A stretch of DNA of 64,000 bases, taken from the NCBI GenBank assembly GCA_964617375.1, contig CAZTXQ010000004.1:34546-98545 (forward strand), in the 5' to 3' direction. The notes beneath the pieces were generated by a model, which did not search any database, was not told the DNA's origin, and saw only the letters and a list, made by a program, of their open reading frames with translations. The translations under genes and the position numbers were made by a program. The stretch is from an uncultured Mageeibacillus sp. (GTDB taxonomy: Bacteria; Bacillota; Clostridia; Saccharofermentanales; Saccharofermentanaceae). This document shows positions 55,016 through 63,849 of the stretch, in pieces (the stretch's first letter is position 1; the number at the start of each line of letters is the position of its first letter).

Positions 55016-56344
55016 TCAGGCGTTAAGACGGCTCCACAGGCTTCGGGCCTGTTTTTCGACACCGGAAAGAACTTCCCGCTTATCGATGCCTTGAAGCTTG
55101 CGGTCCTTCATCCGGACCACGCCGCCGCTAACCGTCGTAACGACGTCACGGCCGCTCATACCAAACAGCATGTGTCCGTTCAGATTGCCGGCGTTAAGCG
55201 GTGTGATCGGATCGTAGTCCAGAACGATCACGTCGCCGTACGCACCCGTCTTCAGGATGCCGCACGGTTTCGGGAAGAATCGCTCCGCAATCCGCCTGTT
55301 GTTCTCAAAAAGAAGCGCGGGAATCTCCGTCCAGCCGACGGCCGGATTCCGGCTCGCGTGCTTCACGAGGCAGTTGGCGGCCTTATAGCTCTCGAGCATA
55401 TCGGAGGTATAGCCGTCCGTTCCGAGGCCGGTCAGGATGCCTTCATGGGACATCGTGAGCACCTCCGGAGCGCCGACCGCGTTCCCCATGTTGCTTTCCG
55501 GATTGTGAACGATAATCGTGCCGGTCTCCCTGAGGAGACGGATTTCGGTCTCGTTGATATGAATGCAATGCGCGGCAATCGTCTTTTCGCCGAGAAGCCC
55601 CAGGTTATAGAGTCGCTCGGCAGGACGTGCGCCGAACTTTTCGCGGCTGATATTCACATCGTCCGTTCCTTCGGCTACATGTACATGATATCCGGCACCG
55701 GCTTTGTTGCTGTCGATGATAAACCGCATGCTCTCGTCGGAGAGCGTAAAAGAAGCATGAAGGCCGATCATGCCGGCGAGGCGGTCCGGATCATGGGCCG
55801 CAAATCCGGCAAAAACGATGTTCTCTGCGACCGCTTTTTCCATTTCTTCGCGGCCGTTCCGGTCGCTTGTTTCATAGCACAGACAGGACCGGACGCCGAA
55901 ACGGACGGCCTCCTCCGCGATAACCTTAAGGCTCCCCGTCGTTTGGCCGTAACTTGCGTGATGGTCGAAAATCGTCGTCACGCCGTTCTCGATACAGCTG
56001 ATGTACGTGGCGATCGCGCTTGCTCTGGTATCGTCGAGATTCATACCTTTGTCGAGCCGCCACCACAGGCCCTCGAGAATATCGAGGAAACCGTGCGGAT
56101 CGTAACCATTCAGGGCAAGCCCTCTGGAAAGAGCGGAATAAATATGATGGTGTGTGTTGATGAAGCCCGGCATGATGAGGCCGCCATTTGCGTCGACAAA
56201 TTCGGCATCCGGATAGATCGCCTTTAAAGTCGAGAAATCGCCTACGGCCACAATCGTATCGTTCTTAACCGCGACACCGCCGTGCGGGATCATCGGATTT
56301 GCGGGATCCCGCGTAAAAACCGTACCTTCACCGATCAGAATCAT
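55016..56344 (-). CDS. ssnA: SsnA-type putative aminohydrolase
   Basis: It has GFINTHHHIYS (HxH). At 442 aa and in this position it matches the ssnA member of selenium-dependent hydroxylase clusters. Confidence 0.7.
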   Translation of the reverse strand: MILIGEGTVFTRDPANPMIPHGGVAVKNDTIVAVGDFSTLKAIYPDAEFVDANGGLIMPGFINTHHHIYSALSRGLALNGYDPHGFLDILEGLWWRLDKGMNLDDTRASAIATYISCIENGVTTIFDHHASYGQTTGSLKVIAEEAVRFGVRSCLCYETSDRNGREEMEKAVAENIVFAGFAAHDPDRLAGMIGLHASFTLSDESMRFIIDSNKAGAGYHVHVAEGTDDVNISREKFGARPAERLYNLGLLGEKTIAAHCIHINETEIRLLRETGTIIVHNPESNMGNAVGAPEVLTMSHEGILTGLGTDGYTSDMLESYKAANCLVKHASRNPAVGWTEIPALLFENNRRIAERFFPKPCGILKTGAYGDVIVLDYDPITPLNAGNLNGHMLFGMSGRDVVTTVSGGVVRMKDRKLQGIDKREVLSGVEKQARSLWSRLNA

Positions 56345-56392
56345 ACGTCATCCTCCTTCGGTACTATCAAGAGCCGGCTGCAATTATGAATT

Positions 56393-56770
56393 TTAAAGCG
56401 CGGCGATACACTCGATCTCGACTTTGGCGCCTTTCGGCAGGGCCTTTACCGCAATACACGAACGCGCCGGATTGACGCCGCGGAAGAAGGTCTTGTATAC
56501 CTCGTTCACACCGGCGAAATCAGCCATATCCGTAAGGAAAACGGTGGTTTTGACAACCCCCGCATAGCTGCTTCCTGCTTCCGACAGAATCGCTTCCATA
56601 TTGTCGAGCGAGCATTTCGCCTGATCGGCAACACTTTCCGGCAGTTCGCCCGTCTTCATATCGATTCCAAGCTGCCCCGACACGAAAAGAAATCCGTTCG
56701 CCTTCACGGCCTGCACATACGGTCCGATGGCAGCCGGTGCGTGTTCTGTTCCGATTACTTCTTTAGACAT
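56393..56770 (-). CDS. ridA: RidA/YjgF-family reactive-intermediate deaminase
   Basis: I chose the start MSKEVIGTE at 56770, which has a gggagga RBS. It has the APAAIGPYVQAV..G.LFVSGQ and C-terminal VEIECIA signatures. Confidence 0.85.
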   Translation of the reverse strand: MSKEVIGTEHAPAAIGPYVQAVKANGFLFVSGQLGIDMKTGELPESVADQAKCSLDNMEAILSEAGSSYAGVVKTTVFLTDMADFAGVNEVYKTFFRGVNPARSCIAVKALPKGAKVEIECIAAL

Positions 56771-56897
56771 GATGAAATCCTCCCGATTTTTGAGTGTCAT
56801 TAGGTTCGGATAGCGTCTGGTCAATACGATTCTAATAGGTTCAGATAAATCCATTCAATACGATTCTTATGAGTTCGGACGGAGACCGCAACGACTT

Positions 56898-58100
56898 TTA
56901 CAGGCTCGGATAGAGTCCGTCCCATACAATGCGCCGGTAATTCTTCCGGTCCGTATCGCCCTCGGTGCTGAAGCAGAGGATCTTCGAGTCGCGGTTCAGG
57001 CCGATTCTGTCCCGGATCCCCCTTAAGTCCTCCCTCGTCATAAGCGACGCGACAAGACCTGAAGTAACCGCGCCGCTCTCGCCGGATATAACGCGACGGT
57101 CCTCACCGATCGGATTTCCGAGAATCCGCATGCCTTTTGCGGAAACATAGTCCGGACACGACACAGCAAATTCCGCGGTCTCACGCAAGACGTCCCAGGC
57201 GATCCGGTTCGGCTCGCCGCAGGCCAGTCCCGCCATGATCGTATCCATCTCGCCGGTCACGAAATGAAGCTGCCCGTCACGGGCCGCAGCGGTTCTGTAG
57301 ATGCAGTCGGCCTTATTCGGTTCGACGATCGTGATAACCGGCTTCTGATCGCCGTAATAATCGGCCAGGAAGCCGGAAACGGCACCGGCCAGAGAGCCGA
57401 CTCCCGCCTGGAGAAATACATGGGTCGGTGTTTCGTCTCCCATCCCGGAGACGGCTTCAAGCGCCATTGTCGCATAACCCTGCATGATGCGCCGCGGAAT
57501 CTCTTCATATCCTTCCCACGCCGTATCCTGAACCATAACCCAGCCCTTCTCCTCCGCCATATGGTTGGCAAGGCGGACCGCCTCGTCGTAGTTCATGTCG
57601 GTAATCGAAGCATCTGCGCCCTCGGCACGGATATTCTCAAGCCGTTCGGCAGCACTTCCGTGCGGCATATATACGACCGATTTATGGCCGAGCTCGCGTG
57701 CCGTCCACGCGACCCCGCGGCCGTGATTGCCGTCCGTCGCCGTGACAAAGGTAATCTCGCCGAGCGCGGCTTTGGCCTCCTGCGAGGAAAGGACGTCAAA
57801 GGTCACTTGCGATTCGGAAATGCCGAGCCTTCCTGCCAGATACATACCCATCGCGTAGCTGCCGCCTAAGACCTTAAAAGCATTCAGGCCGAAGCGGTAG
57901 GATTCATCCTTCACGAAGATTTTTGAGACACCGATCTCCGCGGCAAGACCTGCAAGGTCGGCAAGTGGTGTTTGGCTGTAAGAGGGAAAGCTTTTGTGAT
58001 AGCGGAGTGTATTCGCAAGGCGGCTGCCCGATAGAAAGTCCCGGACATGGGAGCCGGCGGGCGCTTTTTCGATATCCGCAAGGAGAAAGGTCTCTTCCAT
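56898..58100 (-). CDS. dpaL: diaminopropionate ammonia-lyase (YgeX/DpaL, PLP-dependent)
   Basis: 400 aa with the NAFKVLGG PLP-lysine motif and the GNHGRGVAW and GVGSLAG loops. Confidence 0.8.
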   Translation of the reverse strand: MEETFLLADIEKAPAGSHVRDFLSGSRLANTLRYHKSFPSYSQTPLADLAGLAAEIGVSKIFVKDESYRFGLNAFKVLGGSYAMGMYLAGRLGISESQVTFDVLSSQEAKAALGEITFVTATDGNHGRGVAWTARELGHKSVVYMPHGSAAERLENIRAEGADASITDMNYDEAVRLANHMAEEKGWVMVQDTAWEGYEEIPRRIMQGYATMALEAVSGMGDETPTHVFLQAGVGSLAGAVSGFLADYYGDQKPVITIVEPNKADCIYRTAAARDGQLHFVTGEMDTIMAGLACGEPNRIAWDVLRETAEFAVSCPDYVSAKGMRILGNPIGEDRRVISGESGAVTSGLVASLMTREDLRGIRDRIGLNRDSKILCFSTEGDTDRKNYRRIVWDGLYPSL

Positions 58101-58241
58101 ACTTTTAAATTCCTTTCGCGAGATGGATCGTCACAAGATTTTTCGGAACAAAAATGGATAAACCCATACTGACCGCCGGCGCCAAAGGGCTCCTTATGAC
58201 GGCATATTTTTATGTCTTCATTATATCGCCGGACCCTGCCG

Positions 58242-58270
58242 TTGACAAATCATTCGTACCCTATTATGAT
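58242..58270 (+). promoter_or_regulatory. sigma-A type promoter of the cop operon
   Basis: TTGACA (58242-58247), a 17-nt spacer, then TATGAT (58265-58270). Confidence 0.6.
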
Positions 58271-58279
58271 GAGATTGTG

Positions 58280-58297
58280 ACACCCCTCCCCGGGTGT
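58280..58297. promoter_or_regulatory. GC-rich inverted repeat ACACCC-CTCCCC-GGGTGT, candidate CsoR operator
   Basis: It lies immediately downstream of the -10 box and upstream of the copA RBS. CsoR operators are known to be GC-rich pseudo-palindromes of the type TACCC...GGGTA. Confidence 0.5.
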
Positions 58298-58318
58298 AGT
58301 TATAGAGAGGTGAATTGC

Positions 58319-60646
58319 ATGGAAAAGAAATTTGACGTAACCGGAATGACCTGCTCCGCCTGCTCGGCGAATGTAGACAAAAGCGTCCGGAAGCTTCCCG
58401 GTGTACGGGATGTAAATGTAAACCTGCTTTCGAACAATATGACCGTCGATTACGACGAAACACAGGTCGATCCGGGACGTATCATCACAGCCGTAACGAA
58501 CGCGGGATACGGTGCCGGAGAGCATGTCCGCTCGAAAAGCAAAGCCACGGAGAAGCCGGCAGATCCGGCCGCCGGCGAATATAAAGAGATGAAGCACCGG
58601 CTTATCGTATCTTTCCTGTTCCTCATCCCGCTCCTCTACCTGGCCATGCACCATATGCTCAAGATGTGGTTCGGACTTCCCGTTCCGGACTTTATCGTAT
58701 CGGCTTTTCACGGAGCCGAAAACGGCATAACATTTGCCTTCACGCAGCTTCTTCTCCTGATACCGATCCTTTATGTCAACCGGAAGTACTATCTGGTCGG
58801 CTTCAAAACCCTGATCCGGCGCGCTCCGAACATGGACTCGCTGATCGCGATCGGATCTTCGGCGGCCGTCATATACGGCATATATGCGATTTTCCGGATC
58901 GGATACGCGGTGGGTCACGGCGATCCCGGGACGGCTGATCTCTTCCTGTCCGAACTCTATTTCGAATCGGCCGGAACCATTCTTACGCTGATCACTCTGG
59001 GAAAATACTTGGAGAGCCGCTCGAAGGGCAAGACCTCTGACGCGATCCGGAAAATGATGGATCTTGCTCCGAAAACCGCCACGGTGATCCGGGACGGTGC
59101 GGAGACAGAGATTCCGGCCGAAGACGTCGCGGTCGGCGACATTGTCGTTGTAAAACCGGGCCGCACCATTCCCGTGGACGGAATCGTGCTTGAAGGACAT
59201 TCATCCGTCGATCAATCGGCGCTGACGGGCGAGAGCATCCCGGTTGAGAAGTCTCCCGGAGACCCGGTCATTGCGGCCTCGGTCAACCGGACCGGGTATT
59301 TTCGTTTTCGCGCGGAAAAAGTCGGAGACGACACGACGCTCGCTCAAATCATCGAACTTATGGAAGAGGCCGGTTCCTCCAAAGCCCCGATCTCGAGGCT
59401 CGCGGATAAAATCAGCGGCATCTTCGTCCCCGTCGTGATCGTGATCGCTCTGGTCGCATCCGCCGTCTGGCTCATACTCGGACAGACGCCCGAATTCGCC
59501 CTTTCGATCGGGATTGCGGTGCTCGTCATCTCCTGTCCCTGCGCCCTGGGTCTCGCGACTCCGGTCGCGATTATGGTCGGTACGGGGAAAGGCGCCGCCA
59601 ACGGAATCCTCATCAAGTCCGCGCAGGCACTGGAGACGGCACATCTCGCGGACACCGTCGTCCTAGACAAGACCGGTACCGTCACAATGGGAAAGCCCGT
59701 CGTGACCGACATTCTCCCGGCGGACGGACGAACCGGCGAAGAGCTTCTCCTTCTGGCCGCCTCGCTCGAAAAACCTTCTGAACACCCGCTGTCCGAAGCG
59801 GTCACGGCCAAAGCCGCCGAGGCCGATCTGAAACTCAAAGATGTGACGGACTTCCGCTCTCTTACCGGCCGGGGACTCGAAGCGGTTATCGACGGCACGC
59901 GCTTCCTTGCGGGCAACGAATCGCTCATGAAAGAACGCGGCATCCCGACCGACCGCTTCGCAAAAGCGGCCGATGCACTCGCCGAAGACGGCAAGACACC
60001 GCTCTTTTTCGCGGACGGGAAGAATCTTCTCGGAATCATCGCGGTCGCCGACGTGATCAAACCGGAAAGCCGCGAAGCTGTCCGCGAATTCACGTCGATG
60101 GGCATCGACGTGATCCTTCTTACCGGCGACAACAAGAAGACGGCCGAAGCGATCCGCAAACAGCTCGGCATACGCGAGGCGATCGCCGAAGTCATGCCGC
60201 AGGATAAGGAAAGGGAAGTCCGGCGTCTCATGGAAAGCGGCCGCAAAGTCGTCATGATCGGCGACGGAATCAACGACGCACCGGCCCTCGCGAGAGCGGA
60301 TGTAGGCATGGCGATCGGCGCGGGCACGGACATCGCGATCGAATCGGCGGACATCGTGCTGATGCGTTCGGATTTGCGCGACGCCGTAACCGCCATCGAA
60401 CTCGGCCGAGCCACGATCCGGAACATTCGCCAGAACCTGTTCTGGGCATTCTTTTACAACACGGTCGGGATACCGCTTGCGGCGGGCGTCTTCTTTTCTC
60501 TTCTCGGCTGGAAGTTAAACCCGATGTTCGGCGCCGCGGCGATGAGTTTAAGCTCGGTCTTTGTCGTTACCAATGCGCTCCGGCTTCGTTTCTTTAAGCC
60601 GTCGCGCGAAAAGAAAAACAGCAGAAGAAAGTTCCCGGCCGCGTAA
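58319..60646 (+). CDS. copA: copper-translocating P1B-ATPase
   Basis: I chose the start [16 protein letters not shown], which has a gagaggtg RBS. The protein has an HMA domain, CPC ([11 protein letters not shown]), DKTGTVT and GDGINDAP motifs. Confidence 0.9.
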   Translation: MEKKFDVTGMTCSACSANVDKSVRKLPGVRDVNVNLLSNNMTVDYDETQVDPGRIITAVTNAGYGAGEHVRSKSKATEKPADPAAGEYKEMKHRLIVSFLFLIPLLYLAMHHMLKMWFGLPVPDFIVSAFHGAENGITFAFTQLLLLIPILYVNRKYYLVGFKTLIRRAPNMDSLIAIGSSAAVIYGIYAIFRIGYAVGHGDPGTADLFLSELYFESAGTILTLITLGKYLESRSKGKTSDAIRKMMDLAPKTATVIRDGAETEIPAEDVAVGDIVVVKPGRTIPVDGIVLEGHSSVDQSALTGESIPVEKSPGDPVIAASVNRTGYFRFRAEKVGDDTTLAQIIELMEEAGSSKAPISRLADKISGIFVPVVIVIALVASAVWLILGQTPEFALSIGIAVLVISCPCALGLATPVAIMVGTGKGAANGILIKSAQALETAHLADTVVLDKTGTVTMGKPVVTDILPADGRTGEELLLLAASLEKPSEHPLSEAVTAKAAEADLKLKDVTDFRSLTGRGLEAVIDGTRFLAGNESLMKERGIPTDRFAKAADALAEDGKTPLFFADGKNLLGIIAVADVIKPESREAVREFTSMGIDVILLTGDNKKTAEAIRKQLGIREAIAEVMPQDKEREVRRLMESGRKVVMIGDGINDAPALARADVGMAIGAGTDIAIESADIVLMRSDLRDAVTAIELGRATIRNIRQNLFWAFFYNTVGIPLAAGVFFSLLGWKLNPMFGAAAMSLSSVFVVTNALRLRFFKPSREKKNSRRKFPAA

Positions 60647-60743
60647 ATACGTCGGCACCGGATCATAAGTCTGCAAATCTTAAGTCTACAAATCACAAGT
60701 CACCGGATCAAGAATCCGCAGAAGAAAGAAAGAGGTAAACAGT

Positions 60744-60971
60744 ATGAAAAAAGTCATCGAAATCAAAGGAATGCACTGCGAGCACTGCCGCACGACAGCG
60801 GAAAATGCCCTGAACGCGATCCCCGGTGTCAAGGCGAAGGTCGACCTGAAAAAGAGCCAGGCCGTCGTATCCGTTACCGGAGATATTCCGGACGAAGCTT
60901 TCATCAAGGCCCTGAAGGAATTCGGATACGAGGCGGTATCCGTCACGCAAAAAAAGGGACTTTTCGAATAA
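60744..60971 (+). CDS. copZ: CopZ-like heavy-metal-associated chaperone
   Basis: 75 aa with an HMA fold and a GMHCEHC metal-binding motif. Confidence 0.8.
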   Translation: MKKVIEIKGMHCEHCRTTAENALNAIPGVKAKVDLKKSQAVVSVTGDIPDEAFIKALKEFGYEAVSVTQKKGLFE

Positions 60972-60987
60972 ATTCAATAGAGGGAAG

Positions 60988-61090
60988 AAAGGTCTTTTCG
61001 CATAAGGCGGATAAAGGTCTTTTCGCATAAGGCGGATAAAGGTCTTTTCGCATTAGGCGAGAGAAATTCTTATCGCATGAATCGGGAAAG
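60988..61090. repeat. 25-bp tandem repeat, three good copies plus one degenerate copy, between copZ and csoR
   Basis: The unit aaaggtcttttcgcataaggcggat starts at 60988, 61013 and 61038. A fourth, degraded copy is gaaattcttatcgcatgaatcggga. Confidence 0.9.
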
Positions 61091-61102
61091 AGGGTAATAG
61101 AC

Positions 61103-61366
61103 ATGCAGGCAGACAAAGTTAAAGTGACGAGACTCTTAAAGACCGCAAGAGGACAGCTCGACGGGCTTCTTAAGATGGTGGAAGACGATCGTTACTGTAT
61201 CGATATTTCAAATCAGCTGCTCGCGACGCAGGCCATCCTGCGCAACGTAAACCGGCAGATCCTCAAGGCTCACCTCTCCTGCTGCGTCGAGGACTCGATG
61301 AACACGGACGACGGCCGGAAGAAGATCGAGGAGATCATGGATATCATAGACACACTCTCAAAATAA
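61103..61366 (+). CDS. csoR: CsoR-family metal-sensing transcriptional repressor
   Basis: 87 aa with RLKTARGQLDGLLKMVEDDRYCIDI...H..C, the C-H-C ligand pattern of the family. Confidence 0.85.
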   Translation: MQADKVKVTRLLKTARGQLDGLLKMVEDDRYCIDISNQLLATQAILRNVNRQILKAHLSCCVEDSMNTDDGRKKIEEIMDIIDTLSK

Positions 61367-61376
61367 CCACACAGCA

Positions 61377-61417
61377 AAAGCCGCGCGGCGCCGACAAGGT
61401 ACCGCGCGGCTTTATTG
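61377..61417. terminator. bidirectional intrinsic terminator between csoR and the convergent GerMN gene
   Basis: aaagccgcgcgg (61377-61388) pairs with ccgcgcggcttt (61402-61413). A-rich sequence lies 5' and T-rich sequence 3'. Confidence 0.7.
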
Positions 61418-61469
61418 TGTCCGGATTCGTTAGGGATTCGCCGGTTCATCGTGTTTTCGGCTATGGCGG

Positions 61470-62648
61470 TTACGTTACGTTGTAGTAATCAACCGAGAGC
61501 GTCTCGCCCTGCTTGAAGGCGATATGACCGGACTCATAGAGTTGTTTATCAATCGTGATAATCACCTGTGACGCACCGTACAGGGATCCGGCGGTATTGG
61601 CGATGGATTGAAGAATCGCGCCTTCGGCCGCAGCACCTTCATTCATGCCGGAGATAAATTCTTTGGAGAAATCAATGGTCACAACACCGGATACGGGTTC
61701 CTGCATGACGGAATTTACGACTGCGTTTTCGCTCATAATCGGCAGCACATCCGTTTCCGGCGGATGGCGGAAGTAATCCGTCAGAACATCGGTCAGGCTG
61801 TCGTTGCTGTACAACTTGACCGAAACCTCATCGGAGGTGATAACGACGTCCGTGTCGGTCATTTTCGGATAATAGAAAGTAAGATCCATGGTCTCCGGCT
61901 GACCCGTCGTGCGGCTGCCCAGTACGCTTGTGTCTTCAAACGCGCCGGTTCTGACCGTCTTCACAAGACCGATGCCGGGAGCATAGTACTGTCTCGTCGC
62001 CGTATCGTTGCCGATCGTCGTGACTTCGATCGCACTGTACATTCCGGTCGGCGTGTCAACCTGCGCCTTAAGATCCGTAATGGACCGGATCCCGCCTTCG
62101 ACATACCAGGTCGTCCCGACCTTGAGCGGTTCTTTGAGAAGAATCTCCCCGTCGCCCACCGAAGGCAGAAGAGACAGATCCTCACGCGCATACAGTTCGG
62201 AGCGCTCTCCGGCTATGCGAACTTCACCGTTCCGTATGGCATACAGTACGTGCTTTACCGTCGTGCCGTTGTCGTATTTGATCTGGATCGTATCCTGTCC
62301 GATGAATTCGACATACGTGGAAACAGGCAGATCCTTGCCGCCCGACACGTCGAAACGGCAGCTTATATCGGGAAGAATCGGGAAATAATCGGCAAGGGTC
62401 AGCACGGCCGATTCGGATGGCGCAGAAGTATCGGAAGCCGTCTCCGAAGGCTTTGCCGTTTCGGAAGCTGTCGGGGATACCGAAGTTTCGGCCGATGTCG
62501 CAGGAGACGTCTCCGTCGCTGTCGTGATAGAAATCGAAGTATCCGCCACGGTTGTTCCGCCGGTATCTTTCCGGGCGCAGCCTGCGGTAATCAGAATCAT
62601 GCAAACCGCGAGAATAAGAGCCGGTACCTTCCTAAGATCTTTACGCAT
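61470..62648 (-). CDS. GerMN-domain lipoprotein (sporulation/germination associated)
   Basis: It has the lipobox ITAGC followed by a Ser/Thr/Ala/Glu-rich linker. The C-terminal GerMN-like region reads VVTIDFSKEF...AILQSIANTAGSLYGASQVIITID. Confidence 0.65.
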   Translation of the reverse strand: MRKDLRKVPALILAVCMILITAGCARKDTGGTTVADTSISITTATETSPATSAETSVSPTASETAKPSETASDTSAPSESAVLTLADYFPILPDISCRFDVSGGKDLPVSTYVEFIGQDTIQIKYDNGTTVKHVLYAIRNGEVRIAGERSELYAREDLSLLPSVGDGEILLKEPLKVGTTWYVEGGIRSITDLKAQVDTPTGMYSAIEVTTIGNDTATRQYYAPGIGLVKTVRTGAFEDTSVLGSRTTGQPETMDLTFYYPKMTDTDVVITSDEVSVKLYSNDSLTDVLTDYFRHPPETDVLPIMSENAVVNSVMQEPVSGVVTIDFSKEFISGMNEGAAAEGAILQSIANTAGSLYGASQVIITIDKQLYESGHIAFKQGETLSVDYYNVT

Positions 62649-62769
62649 ATCAACACACCCCCTCGTGCCGATGAGAGATTAAACGCTCCTATGAAAAAGA
62701 ACCTTATCAAAAGACCTAAGCTACTGTAGAATACTTACATTATACACCGCCGAAAGGAAGGCCGCTCAC

Positions 62770-63651
62770 ATGCGCCGAATCCGGAAAGAAACCCTTCTCT
62801 TCACAGCTGTCCTGCTCACATTATCCGTGGTCACCTCTTCCTGTTATTGGATCGCTCCCGCGGCGACGCGAGACACGGCAAACGCCGATACAGCCACAAC
62901 CGAATCCGCAGCGAAGGATTCCGAAACGTACGCCGTATTTGATCCGGAAACGGCAGTCCGGGGCCAAACCTACTCGGTGCAGGGCACCTTACTGTCTCTG
63001 GATCGCTATAAGAGCGGCAACATACTCTTCGTTCTGAGTCAGAGCGACTCGAGCGAAGTAACCTGCTTTATCCGGATAGACAGCGGAATAGAAGGGATGA
63101 GCCTTACGATCGGCGAGGTTTATGCCGTATCGGGCGAACTCGACGAATACGAGGGGAATCCTGAGCTGATACTCTCCTCACCGGCCGACCTCTCACACGT
63201 CGGAGAATATCATTTCGAAGAAGTAAAGGTTGTCGAAATCATCGACGGAGACACGATCCGCGCGGAAGACTCCGCGGGCAATACGGTAAAGATCCGTTTC
63301 ATCGGATGCGACTGTCCCGAGACCGAGAAAGAAGGTCAGCCCGGCGAATTCTACGCCGACGAAGCAACCCGGTATACGTCGGACACGATTCTGGGCCGGA
63401 CCGTTTATCTCGAAAAGGACCATTCCGAAACCGACCGTTACGGCCGGCTCTTGCGATACATCTGGCTCAAGGTACCGGACGAGATCACCGAAGAGACAAT
63501 CCGGGAGTATAACGTAAGCGCCTCTCTCATCGAAAACGGCTATGCCTCTTCGATCACCGTCGGCGACGACGACAAATATGCCGTGCTTTTCGGAGATCTC
63601 GAAAACGAGGCCGCTTCGGAGGGTATCGGAATGTGGTCGGAAGCGGCTTAG
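62770..63651 (+). CDS. thermonuclease (SNase) family secreted nuclease with an N-terminal OB-fold-like domain
   Basis: It has a signal or lipobox-like N-terminus (VVTSSC). The SNase core reads VVEIIDGDTIRAED..G..VKIRFIGCDCPE...YGRLLRYIW. Confidence 0.8.
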   Translation: MRRIRKETLLFTAVLLTLSVVTSSCYWIAPAATRDTANADTATTESAAKDSETYAVFDPETAVRGQTYSVQGTLLSLDRYKSGNILFVLSQSDSSEVTCFIRIDSGIEGMSLTIGEVYAVSGELDEYEGNPELILSSPADLSHVGEYHFEEVKVVEIIDGDTIRAEDSAGNTVKIRFIGCDCPETEKEGQPGEFYADEATRYTSDTILGRTVYLEKDHSETDRYGRLLRYIWLKVPDEITEETIREYNVSASLIENGYASSITVGDDDKYAVLFGDLENEAASEGIGMWSEAA

Positions 63652-63765
63652 AGGAAAGGAGCCGGATCAAAATTGACTCGCTCCCGAGACCTCGGGCTTC
63701 GCCCTGTCGAAGGGCCCTCTCCAAATGCGATCCGCCGGGTTAACAGGTGTCAGAGTGCTGCGAAA

Positions 63766-63794
63766 TTCGTAGGTAATCAATGATTACCTACGAA
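63766..63794. repeat. perfect 29-bp palindrome ttcgtaggtaatca-a-tgattacctacgaa
   Basis: The 14-bp arms lie at 63766-63779 and 63781-63794. The core TCAATGA is shared with the second hairpin of the 75-bp repeat unit. Confidence 0.9.
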
Positions 63795-63849
63795 ATAAGG
63801 GAAATCGGCGTTTTCGCATGTATTAGAATGTCATTTAATAGATGTTCAA

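Noticed and set aside
51721-56227. Large antisense ORFs in the Se-hydroxylase cluster (51721..52776, 54238..54999, 55091..56227).
   Set aside because: They have the same shadow-ORF properties: Arg-rich, no motifs, and opposite well-supported genes.
47289-58100. Selenocysteine recoding (in-frame TGA plus a SECIS element) in the selenium-associated cluster.
   Set aside because: All genes in the cluster are uninterrupted ORFs of the expected length. I saw no split ORF pairs separated by a TGA, so there is no evidence for Sec codons here.
60708-61028. A 106-aa minus-strand ORF between copZ and csoR.
   Set aside because: It is generated by reading through the 25-bp tandem repeats (repeating RKDLYPPYAKRP) and it overlaps copZ antisense.
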